IMG/VR virus record: IMGVR_UViG_3300037076_000071
Location: 1 to 53,108 of that record
Length of the DNA: 53,108 bases
From: a virus
Taxonomy: Duplodnaviria > Caudoviricetes
Strand: one strand, 5' to 3'
Shown one piece after another: positions 1 through 8,923 of the stretch (the first letter of the stretch is position 1; each line of letters opens with the position of its first letter). Under the pieces are notes generated by a model. It had not been told where the DNA came from and ran no database searches. It worked only from the letters and a program-made list of their open reading frames with translations. Made by a program: the position numbers and the translations under genes.

Positions 1-411
1 TGTTCCAACAATCAAATCATCTAATGACTTCTCGAATGTTGTTGTATGCACCCAACCATCAATCTCCATCACAACTGTCGTGCTTGCTTTGTCGTATTGA
101 ATCGACAAGTGCGCCCCTGCCGACCGTCGATTCTCTTCCTCATTGAACGCCCATTCACCAAAATACCACTTCAACGCCTGTATGTTCTGCAATGATGGAC
201 TATTGACTACCGCAACCCAGGCGTCAGCTAATTCATCCCATTGCGTCTTATGCTTGTCTAACTCAGTTTTGATCTTTGCTATTGCGGCCATCATAGCGGC
301 TGAGATCCCGTGAATCATCTTCAAATCAGCGTTTTCTGATTCCCGCAACTCTTCACAGAACGGACAATCAGCCACGCCTTTGTCTAAGTGTACGCCATAG
401 CCATGCTTCAT
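1..411 (-). CDS. hypothetical protein (runs off window start)
   Basis: Open frame from ATG 411 (MKHGYGVHLDKGVADCPFCEELRE...) to position 1; ATGA overlap with stop of 408..596. Confidence 0.7.
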   Translation of the reverse strand, partial: MKHGYGVHLDKGVADCPFCEELRESENADLKMIHGISAAMMAAIAKIKTELDKHKTQWDELADAWVAVVNSPSLQNIQALKWYFGEWAFNEEENRRSAGAHLSIQYDKASTTVVMEIDGWVHTTTFEKSLDDLIVGT

Positions 412-596
412 TGCCTTTTCAGACATGGCATCTGTGACAGCATCAACTCCGTCGTCATTGCTCCCACCACCGACATTAGGCTCAAGCAAAAGAGGCCGCT
501 TTGAGCTACCAGCATCATAAGCTGGTCGCTGCATGATGGACTCTGCAATGGACCGGCTTCCGGCGAATAAAGACACGTCAACTTTGGCATTCTCAT
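408..596 (-). CDS. small hypothetical protein
   Basis: ORF coupled by overlaps to both neighbours. Confidence 0.5.
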   Translation of the reverse strand: MRMPKLTCLYSPEAGPLQSPSCSDQLMMLVAQSGLFCLSLMSVVGAMTTELMLSQMPCLKRQ

Positions 597-889
597 CTAA
601 CTCCATATCTTCCCCCGAATGGATTCGCTTCGCTCTCTTTCCATCTCTGGTATGCGTCCCGAATCATCTTCTTTTCTAACTCTTGCCGATGGACCGATTC
701 ACGCCAATGCCGCTTTGTGCATTTCATGTCTGTGCAGTATGGACCATGCCAGCCAAGCCAAGAAACTAGCCGTATGAGCCACACCAGACCGTACAATGCC
801 CCTGCTAGGCCAAAGACGATATAACACCCATACGCAAACCACATTGGAACTACGAGGTCGAAGTGCATTTTTAGTACCACATGTCCCAA
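593..889 (-). CDS. hypothetical membrane protein
   Basis: Hydrophobic N-terminal segment then charged tail; start uncertain. Confidence 0.6.
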   Translation of the reverse strand: MGHVVLKMHFDLVVPMWFAYGCYIVFGLAGALYGLVWLIRLVSWLGWHGPYCTDMKCTKRHWRESVHRQELEKKMIRDAYQRWKESEANPFGGRYGVR

Positions 890-932
890 ATCATCGCTTT
901 CGCTTCCGGCCAGCCGTTCGCCCGAATCTGCG

Positions 933-1244
933 TCAGAATTTCACAGATTTCATGTGGCTCGAACTCGAACGGTTCAGGTCTGCCGTGCGGTTCTCCTTCG
1001 TCAAGAGTGGGACGGGCCAATCGCATCCACCTTCCATCTCACGCCGAAAGAAGATTTCAACTTCTTTGGACACGCCTTTGTGCATGATCGTCCATTTGAA
1101 GCCCGGATCTTCCCAAAGCGCATCCTCAAGCTCTGCGTCGTTCAAATACTCCAACACATGCCAACCAAGTTTTTGAAACACTTCTCTCGCTTCGTGGTTG
1201 TCATGCACTCGCTGTCCTATGAATAGCTGCGCTTGCCAGGGCAT
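933..1244 (-). CDS. hypothetical protein
   Basis: ATG 1244 (MPWQAQLF) preceded by GAGAGG SD and TTGCAT-17-TATCCT promoter; the extension to 1622 runs through the repeat region and is not credible. Confidence 0.7.
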   Translation of the reverse strand: MPWQAQLFIGQRVHDNHEAREVFQKLGWHVLEYLNDAELEDALWEDPGFKWTIMHKGVSKEVEIFFRREMEGGCDWPVPLLTKENRTADLNRSSSSHMKSVKF

Positions 1245-1319
1245 CAGTGACCTCTCGTACACCAGGATAGCAACTTTGTGCCGCCCATGCAAACGATGCG
1301 CTCCAAGGGCCTGCAAATC

Positions 1320-2290
1320 AACTTTATGGGCATTCTGAATTTCAACTTTGTGGGATGAGCTTTGTGCTTGGCTTTGTGCAATTGATACATCTATTGACAT
1401 CTGAAGCATGTGATGTACACGAAGTTGACATTTGTGAAAAACGTGTAAAAACGCTGTGCTGTGTGTACGTGAAGGGAAGAACGTCTGGATCTGAAGCCGC
1501 AACGCACGAGGGACACCACAAAGCCGCCGCCCTACAAAGCTCTTTGCACCACAAAGCCCAATGAATACGGCCCATCCAAGGCCCATCCCCATGAATTCAA
1601 AGCACTTTGCACTATAAAGCAAAGCTCTTTACAGCACAAAGCAGAGCCATGCAGCGCCCATGCAGAGGCAATTTAAGAGTTTCGGATATTAAACTCCGAA
1701 ATTATTCTAGCTGTGTGTGGACGCTCGGCTGTGTGCTGTGTTGCTCTGCGAAGCTCGGCTGTGTGAATCGGCGTAGCGAAGCGAACGCCAAGGCAAGCGA
1801 AAGGCGCAGGCCCGGACAGCGACGAACGCAAACGCCGATGAGTTGTCGATTGCATCTGAAAGCCGTTCGTTTGCAACAAAAATTGCAACACACAGCCGAA
1901 GGCCCGACGCAAAGCTGTGTGGATTCAACGAGATGCAGAGCGCTTTCGGACTTGGAAATCAACTCCGAATCGCACCGAAGCGCATGGATATCGCTGTGTG
2001 TCGCCGCCTGATCTGATCCGATTCGCCGCATGATCTGCGTTGAATGCGTATGCGATTCGCCGCATGAATGCACAGAGCAAAGCGCTTTGTGATGCAGAGT
2101 GCTTGGCGGCATTTCGGAGTTTAATATCCGAATATCCGAAAACACAGTGTTTTTCGACTTTGGGTTCCCATGCCCAAGGGTTATACTAACCGGCCCCTCA
2201 TGTATTTCGGGAGGGAAATATTTCTCCCAAGGTACCATCCGCCACAAAGCCGTCAAAAAAATTTTCCAAAAAATTTTCCTGAAAAGGTAC
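1320..2290. repeat. repeat-rich intergenic region at strand switch (candidate replication origin)
   Basis: About 10 copies of (C/T)ACAAAGC in both orientations, GCTGTGTG copies, 22-bp inverted repeat 1681-1702/2111-2132, tandem AAAAAATTTTCC 2256-2279. Confidence 0.6.
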
Positions 2291-2493
2291 CGGGCGGCTG
2301 GAGTCCCTTTGTGATAATAGGGACATTTCCTCTCGCTCGATCTCTTCCTGCATCCGGCGAATCTCTTCCATGTCAACTTTGGGGAGTCCCGGTCCTTGAG
2401 GTTTCTCAATCTGTCGTAGAAGCTCCAAGTGTTCCCAGGTGACTACGTACCGGCAGAGGAAGCCACCATCTAAATACCACCGAGAATAATACC

Positions 2494-3042
2494 ATGCCAC
2501 CAAAAGCGTACCCACCAATGACATACGAAGCAATTGAAAAGCTGTTCGATGCCAAAATATCAGGTATCCAAAAGAGCCTTGAAGACCTGGATAAGCGATT
2601 TGCCGCTGCCATCATTAGTACCGAAAAGACTGCTGTACTACTGGCGGATACAACCAGGACAACTGCACAGATGTTAGCCGATGCACAACAAAAAGCTACC
2701 GACATCGCAGCCATATCTCTGGACAAGCGCCTGAACACGATGAATGAGTTCCGCCAGACGATATCGGACCAAGCTGCCAGCTATTATACTCGGCAGGAGC
2801 ATGATACGTGGGTTAAGGGTATTGAGGTAGATCTGAAGACGATGCGAGAAAACTTCTATTCAAAGGAACAACATGACAGTTACGCTAAAGGGGTAGAGAA
2901 TGACCTTCGGATGCTACGAGAATCAAGAGCCGAAGTGGGTGGTATGGCAAAGGCATCTCAGGTGTACTTCAGCATGATAATGGCAAGTGTAGGTGCTATC
3001 TGTGGTATTGTCTCACTCGTACTGCATTATGTAGTGAAGTAG
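2494..3042 (+). CDS. coiled-coil protein with C-terminal transmembrane helix
   Basis: Helical charged body with internal repeat (YTRQEHDTWVKGIE / YSKEQHDSYAKGVE) and hydrophobic C-terminus; TAAATA late-type promoter at 2471. Confidence 0.75.
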   Translation: MPPKAYPPMTYEAIEKLFDAKISGIQKSLEDLDKRFAAAIISTEKTAVLLADTTRTTAQMLADAQQKATDIAAISLDKRLNTMNEFRQTISDQAASYYTRQEHDTWVKGIEVDLKTMRENFYSKEQHDSYAKGVENDLRMLRESRAEVGGMAKASQVYFSMIMASVGAICGIVSLVLHYVVK

Positions 3043-3090
3043 GAAGTAAGTAGTAAGTCAAAGTGTTGTGAAATCAAAGGAGAAATCAAA

Positions 3091-3162
3091 ATGTTAGGAC
3101 TAGGATTGTTAGGAACCGTCATTGTAATTTTAGTAATTGTCTGGCTTGCCCGTAGGGTGTGA
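3091..3162 (+). CDS. 23-aa membrane peptide, DUF3309-like
   Basis: AAGGAGA SD then MLGLGLLGTVIVILVIVWLARRV; too short for the ORF track. Confidence 0.65.
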   Translation: MLGLGLLGTVIVILVIVWLARRV

Positions 3163-3170
3163 TTGTAAAA

Positions 3171-3569
3171 ATGCTCACCTTCGACCAATTCATACTCCAG
3201 GAAGCGACAACCGGCCCGAAGTCCTTCAAACGGGCTAAGATCAACTCTGTGATACCCAGACAGAAGAAGGTAGGTGGGATGAAGTCGATGGGTGGGATGA
3301 AACCAAAGTTCAAGAAGCCGCCGAAGGCCCCGAAGGGTGGCGGTTTCCTGAATGCCTTAGCGCCGCCGACGAAGATGAAGAACCCCTTGATGCCAACGGC
3401 GGGCAAGAAGAACAAGAACCCGTTCCTGGCGAAACCAAAGAAACCATTGGTGAAGAAGAAGAACGCAATGATGCCGAAGGGGAAGATGCCGGGTGTGTCC
3501 GGGATCAAGAGACCGAAGCCATTGGGAACGATGTTAGGGCAGTGGGCTAAGAAGAAGTTGGGAATTTAG
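3171..3569 (+). CDS. very basic K/P/M-rich protein, putative internal head protein
   Basis: N-terminus MLTFDQFILQE resembles the T4 internal-protein capsid targeting sequence (MKTYQEFIAE); remainder Lys/Pro low complexity. Confidence 0.65.
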   Translation: MLTFDQFILQEATTGPKSFKRAKINSVIPRQKKVGGMKSMGGMKPKFKKPPKAPKGGGFLNALAPPTKMKNPLMPTAGKKNKNPFLAKPKKPLVKKKNAMMPKGKMPGVSGIKRPKPLGTMLGQWAKKKLGI

Positions 3570-3771
3570 TAGGATCGAGCCAGCATTTCTGACAGTAATA
3601 CCCAGGCTTGCCATTGGGATAGAGTTCAGCCAGCTTTGGGTCGAGGTTCAATTGGAAGCCCTGTCGAATCGGGCCGGTGTAGAGGCAATCCTCGCCGTCG
3701 CAATACCCATAGCCGTCCGCAGTGATCCAAGGTTCCATACCCCACAATAACACAAAAGGCGTAATTTCCAC
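3547..3771 (-). CDS. hypothetical protein with two Cys pairs
   Basis: CDGEDC and CQKC motifs. Confidence 0.55.
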   Translation of the reverse strand: MEITPFVLLWGMEPWITADGYGYCDGEDCLYTGPIRQGFQLNLDPKLAELYPNGKPGYYCQKCWLDPTKFPTSS

Positions 3772-3899
3772 AATCAGCTTTGTCCCTTCTACGGGTTTCC
3801 CCTCCGGTTCAAATCTGACCCCGCCGTCGTCTTACTGCACTGAAGCGGTGGTGAAAACTACGCCCTTCAAAACTCAAATAATAAAAAATTGAAAGTTAA

Positions 3900-4470
3900 T
3901 AGGTGTGTTGTTTTTAGCGCATGTCTCTACCTCACTTGGCGTTCGACTTGGCACCTGGATGAAGGTACCAAGCCTAATGATAGCACATGCTGATACTCTG
4001 TAAGCCACTTGCCGCATCTGTGTAGCTCTCGTTGCCACACGTCCGAAGGCTGGTCTCATTTCGCAACATGTCATCCGCTATAAAGGCCGTTTCGATCAGT
4101 GCTTGGTTCATTCAAGAACCTTTCCTGGCCCACTTTCGGCGGAACCGCAGGACAGAGCACACTGAAAAGCTGGTTAATTCTTTCCAACCCTACCTGCTCT
4201 ATGTCAGGCTATATCCGGGGATTAGGTTTCAGCTTGGGGCACACCAGCGGCGGGTTTTAACCCTCCTATGCCTCGCACCACACGCTCTTTGCTCGAATCG
4301 CCGTCCTCGTATGGGAAGATGGGCTAATGACGAGCGGTTATATCCTCACAGCCGGTTGAAAAATCATGGATTCACTTCCTTTCTCTTTGGGATGGCGGGC
4401 CGCTCTATTGCTTCGGATCAGTGTCGTAGGCTTTTAATGTCCACCAACTCTGTCCTGCCCGCCATCCCCA
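3900..4470 (-). ncRNA. candidate large structured non-coding RNA (~570 nt)
   Basis: No credible ORF; many helices: 4389-4400/4457-4468 (12 bp perfect), 3945-3956/3963-3974, 3919-3924/3985-3990, 4021-4026/4034-4039, 4105-4109/4116-4120, long-range 4147-4157/4448-4458; strand inferred from flanking genes and G-U pairs. Confidence 0.6.
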
Positions 4471-4520
4471 TCATGGGTATACGGATTTGAGTGTGTCGCT
4501 TCGCATTTCATTCGCCACGC

Positions 4521-4874
4521 TCACTGAGATTGGTTCTGTGTGGTTTTTAGTGCCGCCTTAACTACGGTCAGTAATTCGCCCCGCTCCTCTTGGGGCACTG
4601 GAAACCCTTCTACTTCACGCTGGAAACTCGTGAAGGAATCTCCAACCTTGATCTCTTCGAGGTTGGTATTGTCGGGATCGCTGAAGTGGTAGTCCTCGAA
4701 CGGCGTCGGGCAAGAGCATCCAGAATCAGTGGCGTAGAAGATTCTGCCTGTTGGCTCATGCTTCACCACCAGCAGCGTGTTGTATTCGTAGGAGAGATCG
4801 GCTTCGTCAAGCTCTCCTAGCTTTACCAAGCCAACTTCGTTGGGCTTGTTGTTGGTGTCGTAATATGGATTCAT
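4521..4874 (-). CDS. phage hypothetical protein
   Basis: AAGGA SD; motif YEYN...ATDSGCSCPTPFE resembles small phage proteins. Confidence 0.8.
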   Translation of the reverse strand: MNPYYDTNNKPNEVGLVKLGELDEADLSYEYNTLLVVKHEPTGRIFYATDSGCSCPTPFEDYHFSDPDNTNLEEIKVGDSFTSFQREVEGFPVPQEERGELLTVVKAALKTTQNQSQ

Positions 4875-5015
4875 TTCGTCCTTCTTGGCTCTCCAGCCAC
4901 ACTAAAATCCGAAGTCAGATGAGAAGTTCACTACCTCGTCAACCACACTCAAATCCGGATAGCCCCCATCATTTTGCGTCCGTGCGCTTTGTTTCTGTCT
5001 CTCGCTTACAAACCC

Positions 5016-5057
5016 AGAATACCACGGCATATCGGATCTGTCAATAGGTACATCAAT
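5016..5057 (-). promoter_or_regulatory. sigma70-type promoter with upstream operator palindrome
   Basis: TTGACA-17-TATTCT reading leftward with operator ATAGGTACATCAAT at 5044-5057. Confidence 0.7.
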
Positions 5058-5436
5058 TTTTCTTTGAAGAATTTTGGTGGCGTCGTATTGTCCTGTGGTT
5101 TCAACATGTTTCCAGTATATGCCCGTTCCGCTATACGTCAATTTAGGATGCCGATTCCTGGCGATTCTAGCCCCGTGGCTGTGTTGTGGGCCATGCCCAG
5201 TCCCTACAGAGCCGCTGGCCTTTCCCGGCCCTTCAAAGGCTTCCGATCTCTAAATAGCAGTAGGTGTGCTCCGTCTCTTCACACTCAAAAGCGGCTTGTC
5301 GCTACGACGGGCACGAGAAAAATGCTAGAGCGCATTTTGTTCTAGCTATTGCCACCATTGGCACTGCAAGCCGCTAAAACCTCTTTAGAATCAGCAAGAC
5401 TTGTCAACACCATGGCTGTGTGGTAATCTACTGGCG

Positions 5437-5895
5437 ATGTCTATTCATTCAAGCTACCTCAGGTCGTTGTTCGACCTAAAAAGATTCATGGGTCACATTC
5501 GCACGGCCAAGAAGAAACTGAAAGAAGTAGAATTTGATGCCTTTGCGGTTTCCGGGAACAGTGGAACGCTGATGGGCGGTGCCATGTCTGCGGCGATGAA
5601 GAAAAAGATGATCCTGGTGCGAAAGCCGTCCGACAATTCGCATTCCAGCTACACCGTCGAGGGAGACGAAAGCATTTTGCGCTTTGTGTTCTTGGACGAT
5701 CAAATAGCAACGGGAGCAACTAGGACACGAGTGGTGACTACGGTAAAGGCATGGTTGCCCAAAGTCGAGTTCGTGGGAACGTATCTTTACAACAAATCGG
5801 GGTGCTTTGGTTACGACCCCGATTATGTGAAGCCAAAGAAGAAACGGCCAGCGGTAAAAAAGCTGGTGAAATCCCGTGCTAAAATAAAGGCATGA
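5437..5895 (+). CDS. type I phosphoribosyltransferase-fold protein
   Basis: PRPP-binding loop FVFLDDQIATGAT and ILVRK; TTGTCA-17-TAATCT promoter 7 nt before ATG 5437. Confidence 0.8.
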   Translation: MSIHSSYLRSLFDLKRFMGHIRTAKKKLKEVEFDAFAVSGNSGTLMGGAMSAAMKKKMILVRKPSDNSHSSYTVEGDESILRFVFLDDQIATGATRTRVVTTVKAWLPKVEFVGTYLYNKSGCFGYDPDYVKPKKKRPAVKKLVKSRAKIKA

Positions 5896-6200
5896 TCTTT
5901 GCATTCATTGTGGTGACGCTGGCGACATTTGCGTGTGCCACTACCATAGCGACGACACCATTGCTTGAAGCCTTTCGACGCCGGATGTACGACCGGAGTC
6001 TGATGTGGGGCAAGCTCGTGTCCTGTCCTTACTGCCTGTCGCACTGGATTGGTGGGCTGTTTGTGGCGATTAGTCCTGATCTGAGACACATACTCCCGCA
6101 CACCAATGCTTTTATGGCGTGGGTGTTGATAAGTTTCTCTGTAGTAGGGCTGTGTGCGGTGCTTGATGTGATGTTGGACTTGAGGTCTAGGTTCAAGTGA
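5892..6200 (+). CDS. DUF1360-like membrane protein
   Basis: GKLVSCPYCLSHW motif among transmembrane segments. Confidence 0.7.
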   Translation: MIFAFIVVTLATFACATTIATTPLLEAFRRRMYDRSLMWGKLVSCPYCLSHWIGGLFVAISPDLRHILPHTNAFMAWVLISFSVVGLCAVLDVMLDLRSRFK

Positions 6201-6427
6201 GATCTCATTGGCACAATCCCGAAGGCGCTGAAAACGATTTGTGCTTTGTCTACAGTCATGACATCAACGTAGAGCATCCACGAGACGGAGAAGTGTTCAC
6301 AGCGGAGACACGAGGTCACGGACCAGTGACCTTTGTGAACGTGCCGAAATCTCTCCTAGACGGGATCTTTGTAAATATTAAGACACATGACTATCGACCT
6401 GGAACGACTAAGGCAATTGGTTATTGA
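6197..6427 (+). CDS. hypothetical protein
   Basis: GTGA-coupled ORF in operon. Confidence 0.6.
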   Translation: MRSHWHNPEGAENDLCFVYSHDINVEHPRDGEVFTAETRGHGPVTFVNVPKSLLDGIFVNIKTHDYRPGTTKAIGY

Positions 6428-6602
6428 CTTACAGCAAAAATTAGATCCGCATTTTCCCAATAACAACAATCCACTCCGACGCAGCATAGCCGATCTTTTG
6501 AAGCATCGGGGGCGGCGTATTGTGTTGGTCCCGCCTGAAATTGCAGACGCCATTCGAGCGCATTTGCAAGCACAAAAGCAATCTGCTACACTGGACGCAT
6601 GA
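6387..6602 (+). CDS. hypothetical protein
   Basis: ORF coupled to the downstream gene. Confidence 0.6.
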   Translation: MTIDLERLRQLVIDLQQKLDPHFPNNNNPLRRSIADLLKHRGRRIVLVPPEIADAIRAHLQAQKQSATLDA

Positions 6603-7819
6603 GTCATTTCACTGTTCTTGTAGTTGGTGAAGATGTAGAAGGGCAACTCGCCCCTTTTCACGAATTTGAATGTACTGGCGCAGATGACCAGTACATAGTC
6701 GAAGTAGACAAGACGGAAGAAGCCAGAGAGAGCTACGAAAAGGACACCGAGACACGTGTCAAGTCTCCGTCTGGCAAGCTCCAAAGCAAATTCACCAAGA
6801 AGGGCGAATACAAAAAGCGTTTCTTGCGTGAGCCGACCCCGGAAGAGACCAAAGAAATTGGTCCGATTGCTGGTTCTGGTGGCAGTCGAAAGCTGCGTTG
6901 GACCTCGCACGACTGGAAAGACGGCAAGGGCTATCGGACCATGATCGTGGTGATGCCAGAGGGATGGTCTGAGTGTGAAGTGCCGTCTTCCGAAATTCTC
7001 CCGTTTGCGGAATGGATTGAAGGCTACTACGGCCACAAGATCGTGCCTTATGGAAAGAAGCCCGATCTTGCCGGAAAACACAAGTACGGCTACACGTTGG
7101 TAACTAAGGTGGGTGAAGTTATCAAGACGGTATCCCGGACGAACCCAGAAGCGCAATGGGACTGGTACCAGATTGGTGGCCGGTGGAACGGTTTCTTCAA
7201 AATGAAGCCGGAAGCTGCGAATGCTGGCGTACAGGGCACACCGTCGTGGGGCAGTGAGCCGACTGAACCTGGACATGCCGATCAAGCTCGAAAGGGTGAA
7301 ATTGACATCGAAGGAATGCGCTCTGTGGCTGGTGACAAGGCCGGTGCGAAGCACGACCTGTTCCACGACATTCTCGCCAAGAATCCGGGCTATGTCAGTT
7401 TTGATGCGATCCTGGATGCGGCATTGGCGGAAGCCGGATTGCCCAAAGAAGAACCTGACGATGAGTCGGAACTTACTGCGGACTTGCGGGAAAAGGTTGT
7501 CGATGCTGCACGTAAGGAATACCGGGCACAGCCAACGGAGAAAGCTCTGATGGCCGTCGAAGACTTCCGCTGTATGTGGGAAGGGTACGGCGACTTGCTC
7601 ACACAGACACGGGAGCAATATGTCCAGGCTGCACGTGACCGGGCCTTTACGACCTTTGCGGTGCTCGAAAACGGCAACTGGCATGAAAAGGGCAAGATGG
7701 GTTGGTTTGCCTGTGTGTCGAACGAAAAGGAACAGAGCGAATGGAACGGTCAGTTCAACGCTCTGATCGACTCGCTGTCTGACGACGCTCTACTGACTGT
7801 CGTTGACTGCCATATCTAA
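6599..7819 (+). CDS. phage protein of unknown function (406 aa)
   Basis: MSHFTVLV start, NPEAQWDWYQIGGRW, WHEKGKMGWFAC and terminal VVDCHI motifs recalled from a widespread phage family. Confidence 0.85.
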   Translation: MSHFTVLVVGEDVEGQLAPFHEFECTGADDQYIVEVDKTEEARESYEKDTETRVKSPSGKLQSKFTKKGEYKKRFLREPTPEETKEIGPIAGSGGSRKLRWTSHDWKDGKGYRTMIVVMPEGWSECEVPSSEILPFAEWIEGYYGHKIVPYGKKPDLAGKHKYGYTLVTKVGEVIKTVSRTNPEAQWDWYQIGGRWNGFFKMKPEAANAGVQGTPSWGSEPTEPGHADQARKGEIDIEGMRSVAGDKAGAKHDLFHDILAKNPGYVSFDAILDAALAEAGLPKEEPDDESELTADLREKVVDAARKEYRAQPTEKALMAVEDFRCMWEGYGDLLTQTREQYVQAARDRAFTTFAVLENGNWHEKGKMGWFACVSNEKEQSEWNGQFNALIDSLSDDALLTVVDCHI

Positions 7820-7831
7820 ACGGGATTACAT

Positions 7832-8173
7832 ATGAAACGAACGGTTGAAGTAGAAGTTGACTACTGCGATGTCTGCGGTAAAGAAAACGGCTGGCGCACT
7901 TGTATCGAATGCAATAAGTGTTATTGCAGCAATTGTGCAGACCGAGATACAATCGGCTACTGGAGCGGAACTTATGGTGGGCACCAGAGCTATGTCTGCC
8001 GGGACTGCAATGCTGCTTTGATAAAGGGCGGCAAGAATGAATACTTCAACGCATTGTTAGTCATCGAACGGCTGCGGAACGAATACGCTGGCTTCTATGC
8101 GGACTATGAGCCGAGAAAGAAAGTTGCGGAAGCGCTGGTACAACGACTCGAAGAAGCACGGAAAAAGGAATGA
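7832..8173 (+). CDS. zinc-binding hypothetical protein
   Basis: Four CxxC pairs. Confidence 0.75.
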   Translation: MKRTVEVEVDYCDVCGKENGWRTCIECNKCYCSNCADRDTIGYWSGTYGGHQSYVCRDCNAALIKGGKNEYFNALLVIERLRNEYAGFYADYEPRKKVAEALVQRLEEARKKE

Positions 8174-8251
8174 TCTCTATAATTGCAGGAATCGTCGCCG
8201 GGTTGTTGTTCTGCTGGCTTATGGAGCAGTTCCATGAGCACATAAACAAAA

Positions 8252-8458
8252 GTGGGAAATGACATGCACATAAGTTTGACGTTGAACGAAGCCGACTTGA
8301 CGGCGGCTGTTTCAGACTGGCTTGACCACAGAGGGTACGTCACAAAGGCTGTGAATTACAGTGTGACTAAGGGTGATCGTCCGGGAGAAGGTCAGACTGT
8401 TACGGCGACGGTCTCTGCGGATCGACAGAAGCCCGATTCTATTACGCACCATCCATAA
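8252..8458 (+). CDS. hypothetical protein
   Basis: ORF in operon; start 8252 or 8264. Confidence 0.65.
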   Translation: MGNDMHISLTLNEADLTAAVSDWLDHRGYVTKAVNYSVTKGDRPGEGQTVTATVSADRQKPDSITHHP

Positions 8459-8461
8459 CTT

Positions 8462-8740
8462 ATGAAAAAGAAGAGCGGCGACGACGACGATTTCCAGGAC
8501 ATGCTATATTTTATCGGCAAGTACCAGCGGTCTCTGGACAAGCAGATCGAACTAGCTAATTCTAATTCGTGGAAGGCATTGAAACGGGAGACGGCACGGG
8601 GCGATTCCGTCTACCGGCGCATTGCTGCGTTGCAAGAGGCGTTTATGTTGAAGAAATTCGGCATGAAGCCGGGTGACATGTTGGTGTCCGTGCCGGAAGA
8701 AATCGTAAAGAAGGTCGGAGATTGGGTGCCTGTAAATTGA
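8462..8740 (+). CDS. hypothetical protein
   Basis: ORF in operon. Confidence 0.7.
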   Translation: MKKKSGDDDDFQDMLYFIGKYQRSLDKQIELANSNSWKALKRETARGDSVYRRIAALQEAFMLKKFGMKPGDMLVSVPEEIVKKVGDWVPVN

Positions 8741-8770
8741 CGTTTTCGACTTCGGTGGTAGAATGAGTTT

Positions 8771-8887
8771 ATGACAATACTTCCTTTTACGCCTGATAAT
8801 GCGGCGGCTGTGTGGGTAATATTTCTTTGCTTTGTGGTGACGGTGTTGATCGCTGGATTGAAACACCAGAATAGCAAAAATGAATAG
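8771..8887 (+). CDS. 38-aa membrane peptide
   Basis: TTGACG(8737)-16-TAGAAT(8759) then ATG 6 nt later; single hydrophobic helix. Confidence 0.55.
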   Translation: MTILPFTPDNAAAVWVIFLCFVVTVLIAGLKHQNSKNE

Positions 8888-8923
8888 TGGCGGGCTGTTC
8901 AAGCCGGTGAGTGGGCCAGCTAC

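Noticed and set aside
1320-2290. CRISPR array in the repeat region
   Set aside because: Repeats are 7-14 bp, in both orientations and irregularly spaced; no constant repeat-spacer period and no cas genes
3900-4470. RNase P RNA, group I or group II intron
   Set aside because: No GAGGAAAGUCC or ACAGAA..CGGCUUA pair, no group I P7 R/S pair, no group II domain V, and no interrupted host gene
5437-5895. NAD+ reconstitution pathway (NARP) enzyme
   Set aside because: Single small PRTase domain, not the two-domain PRPP-synthetase-like Adps, and no Namat or NadV partner in the window
6356-7684. 442-aa minus-strand ORF
   Set aside because: Antisense shadow of the 6599..7819 gene; no recognisable motifs
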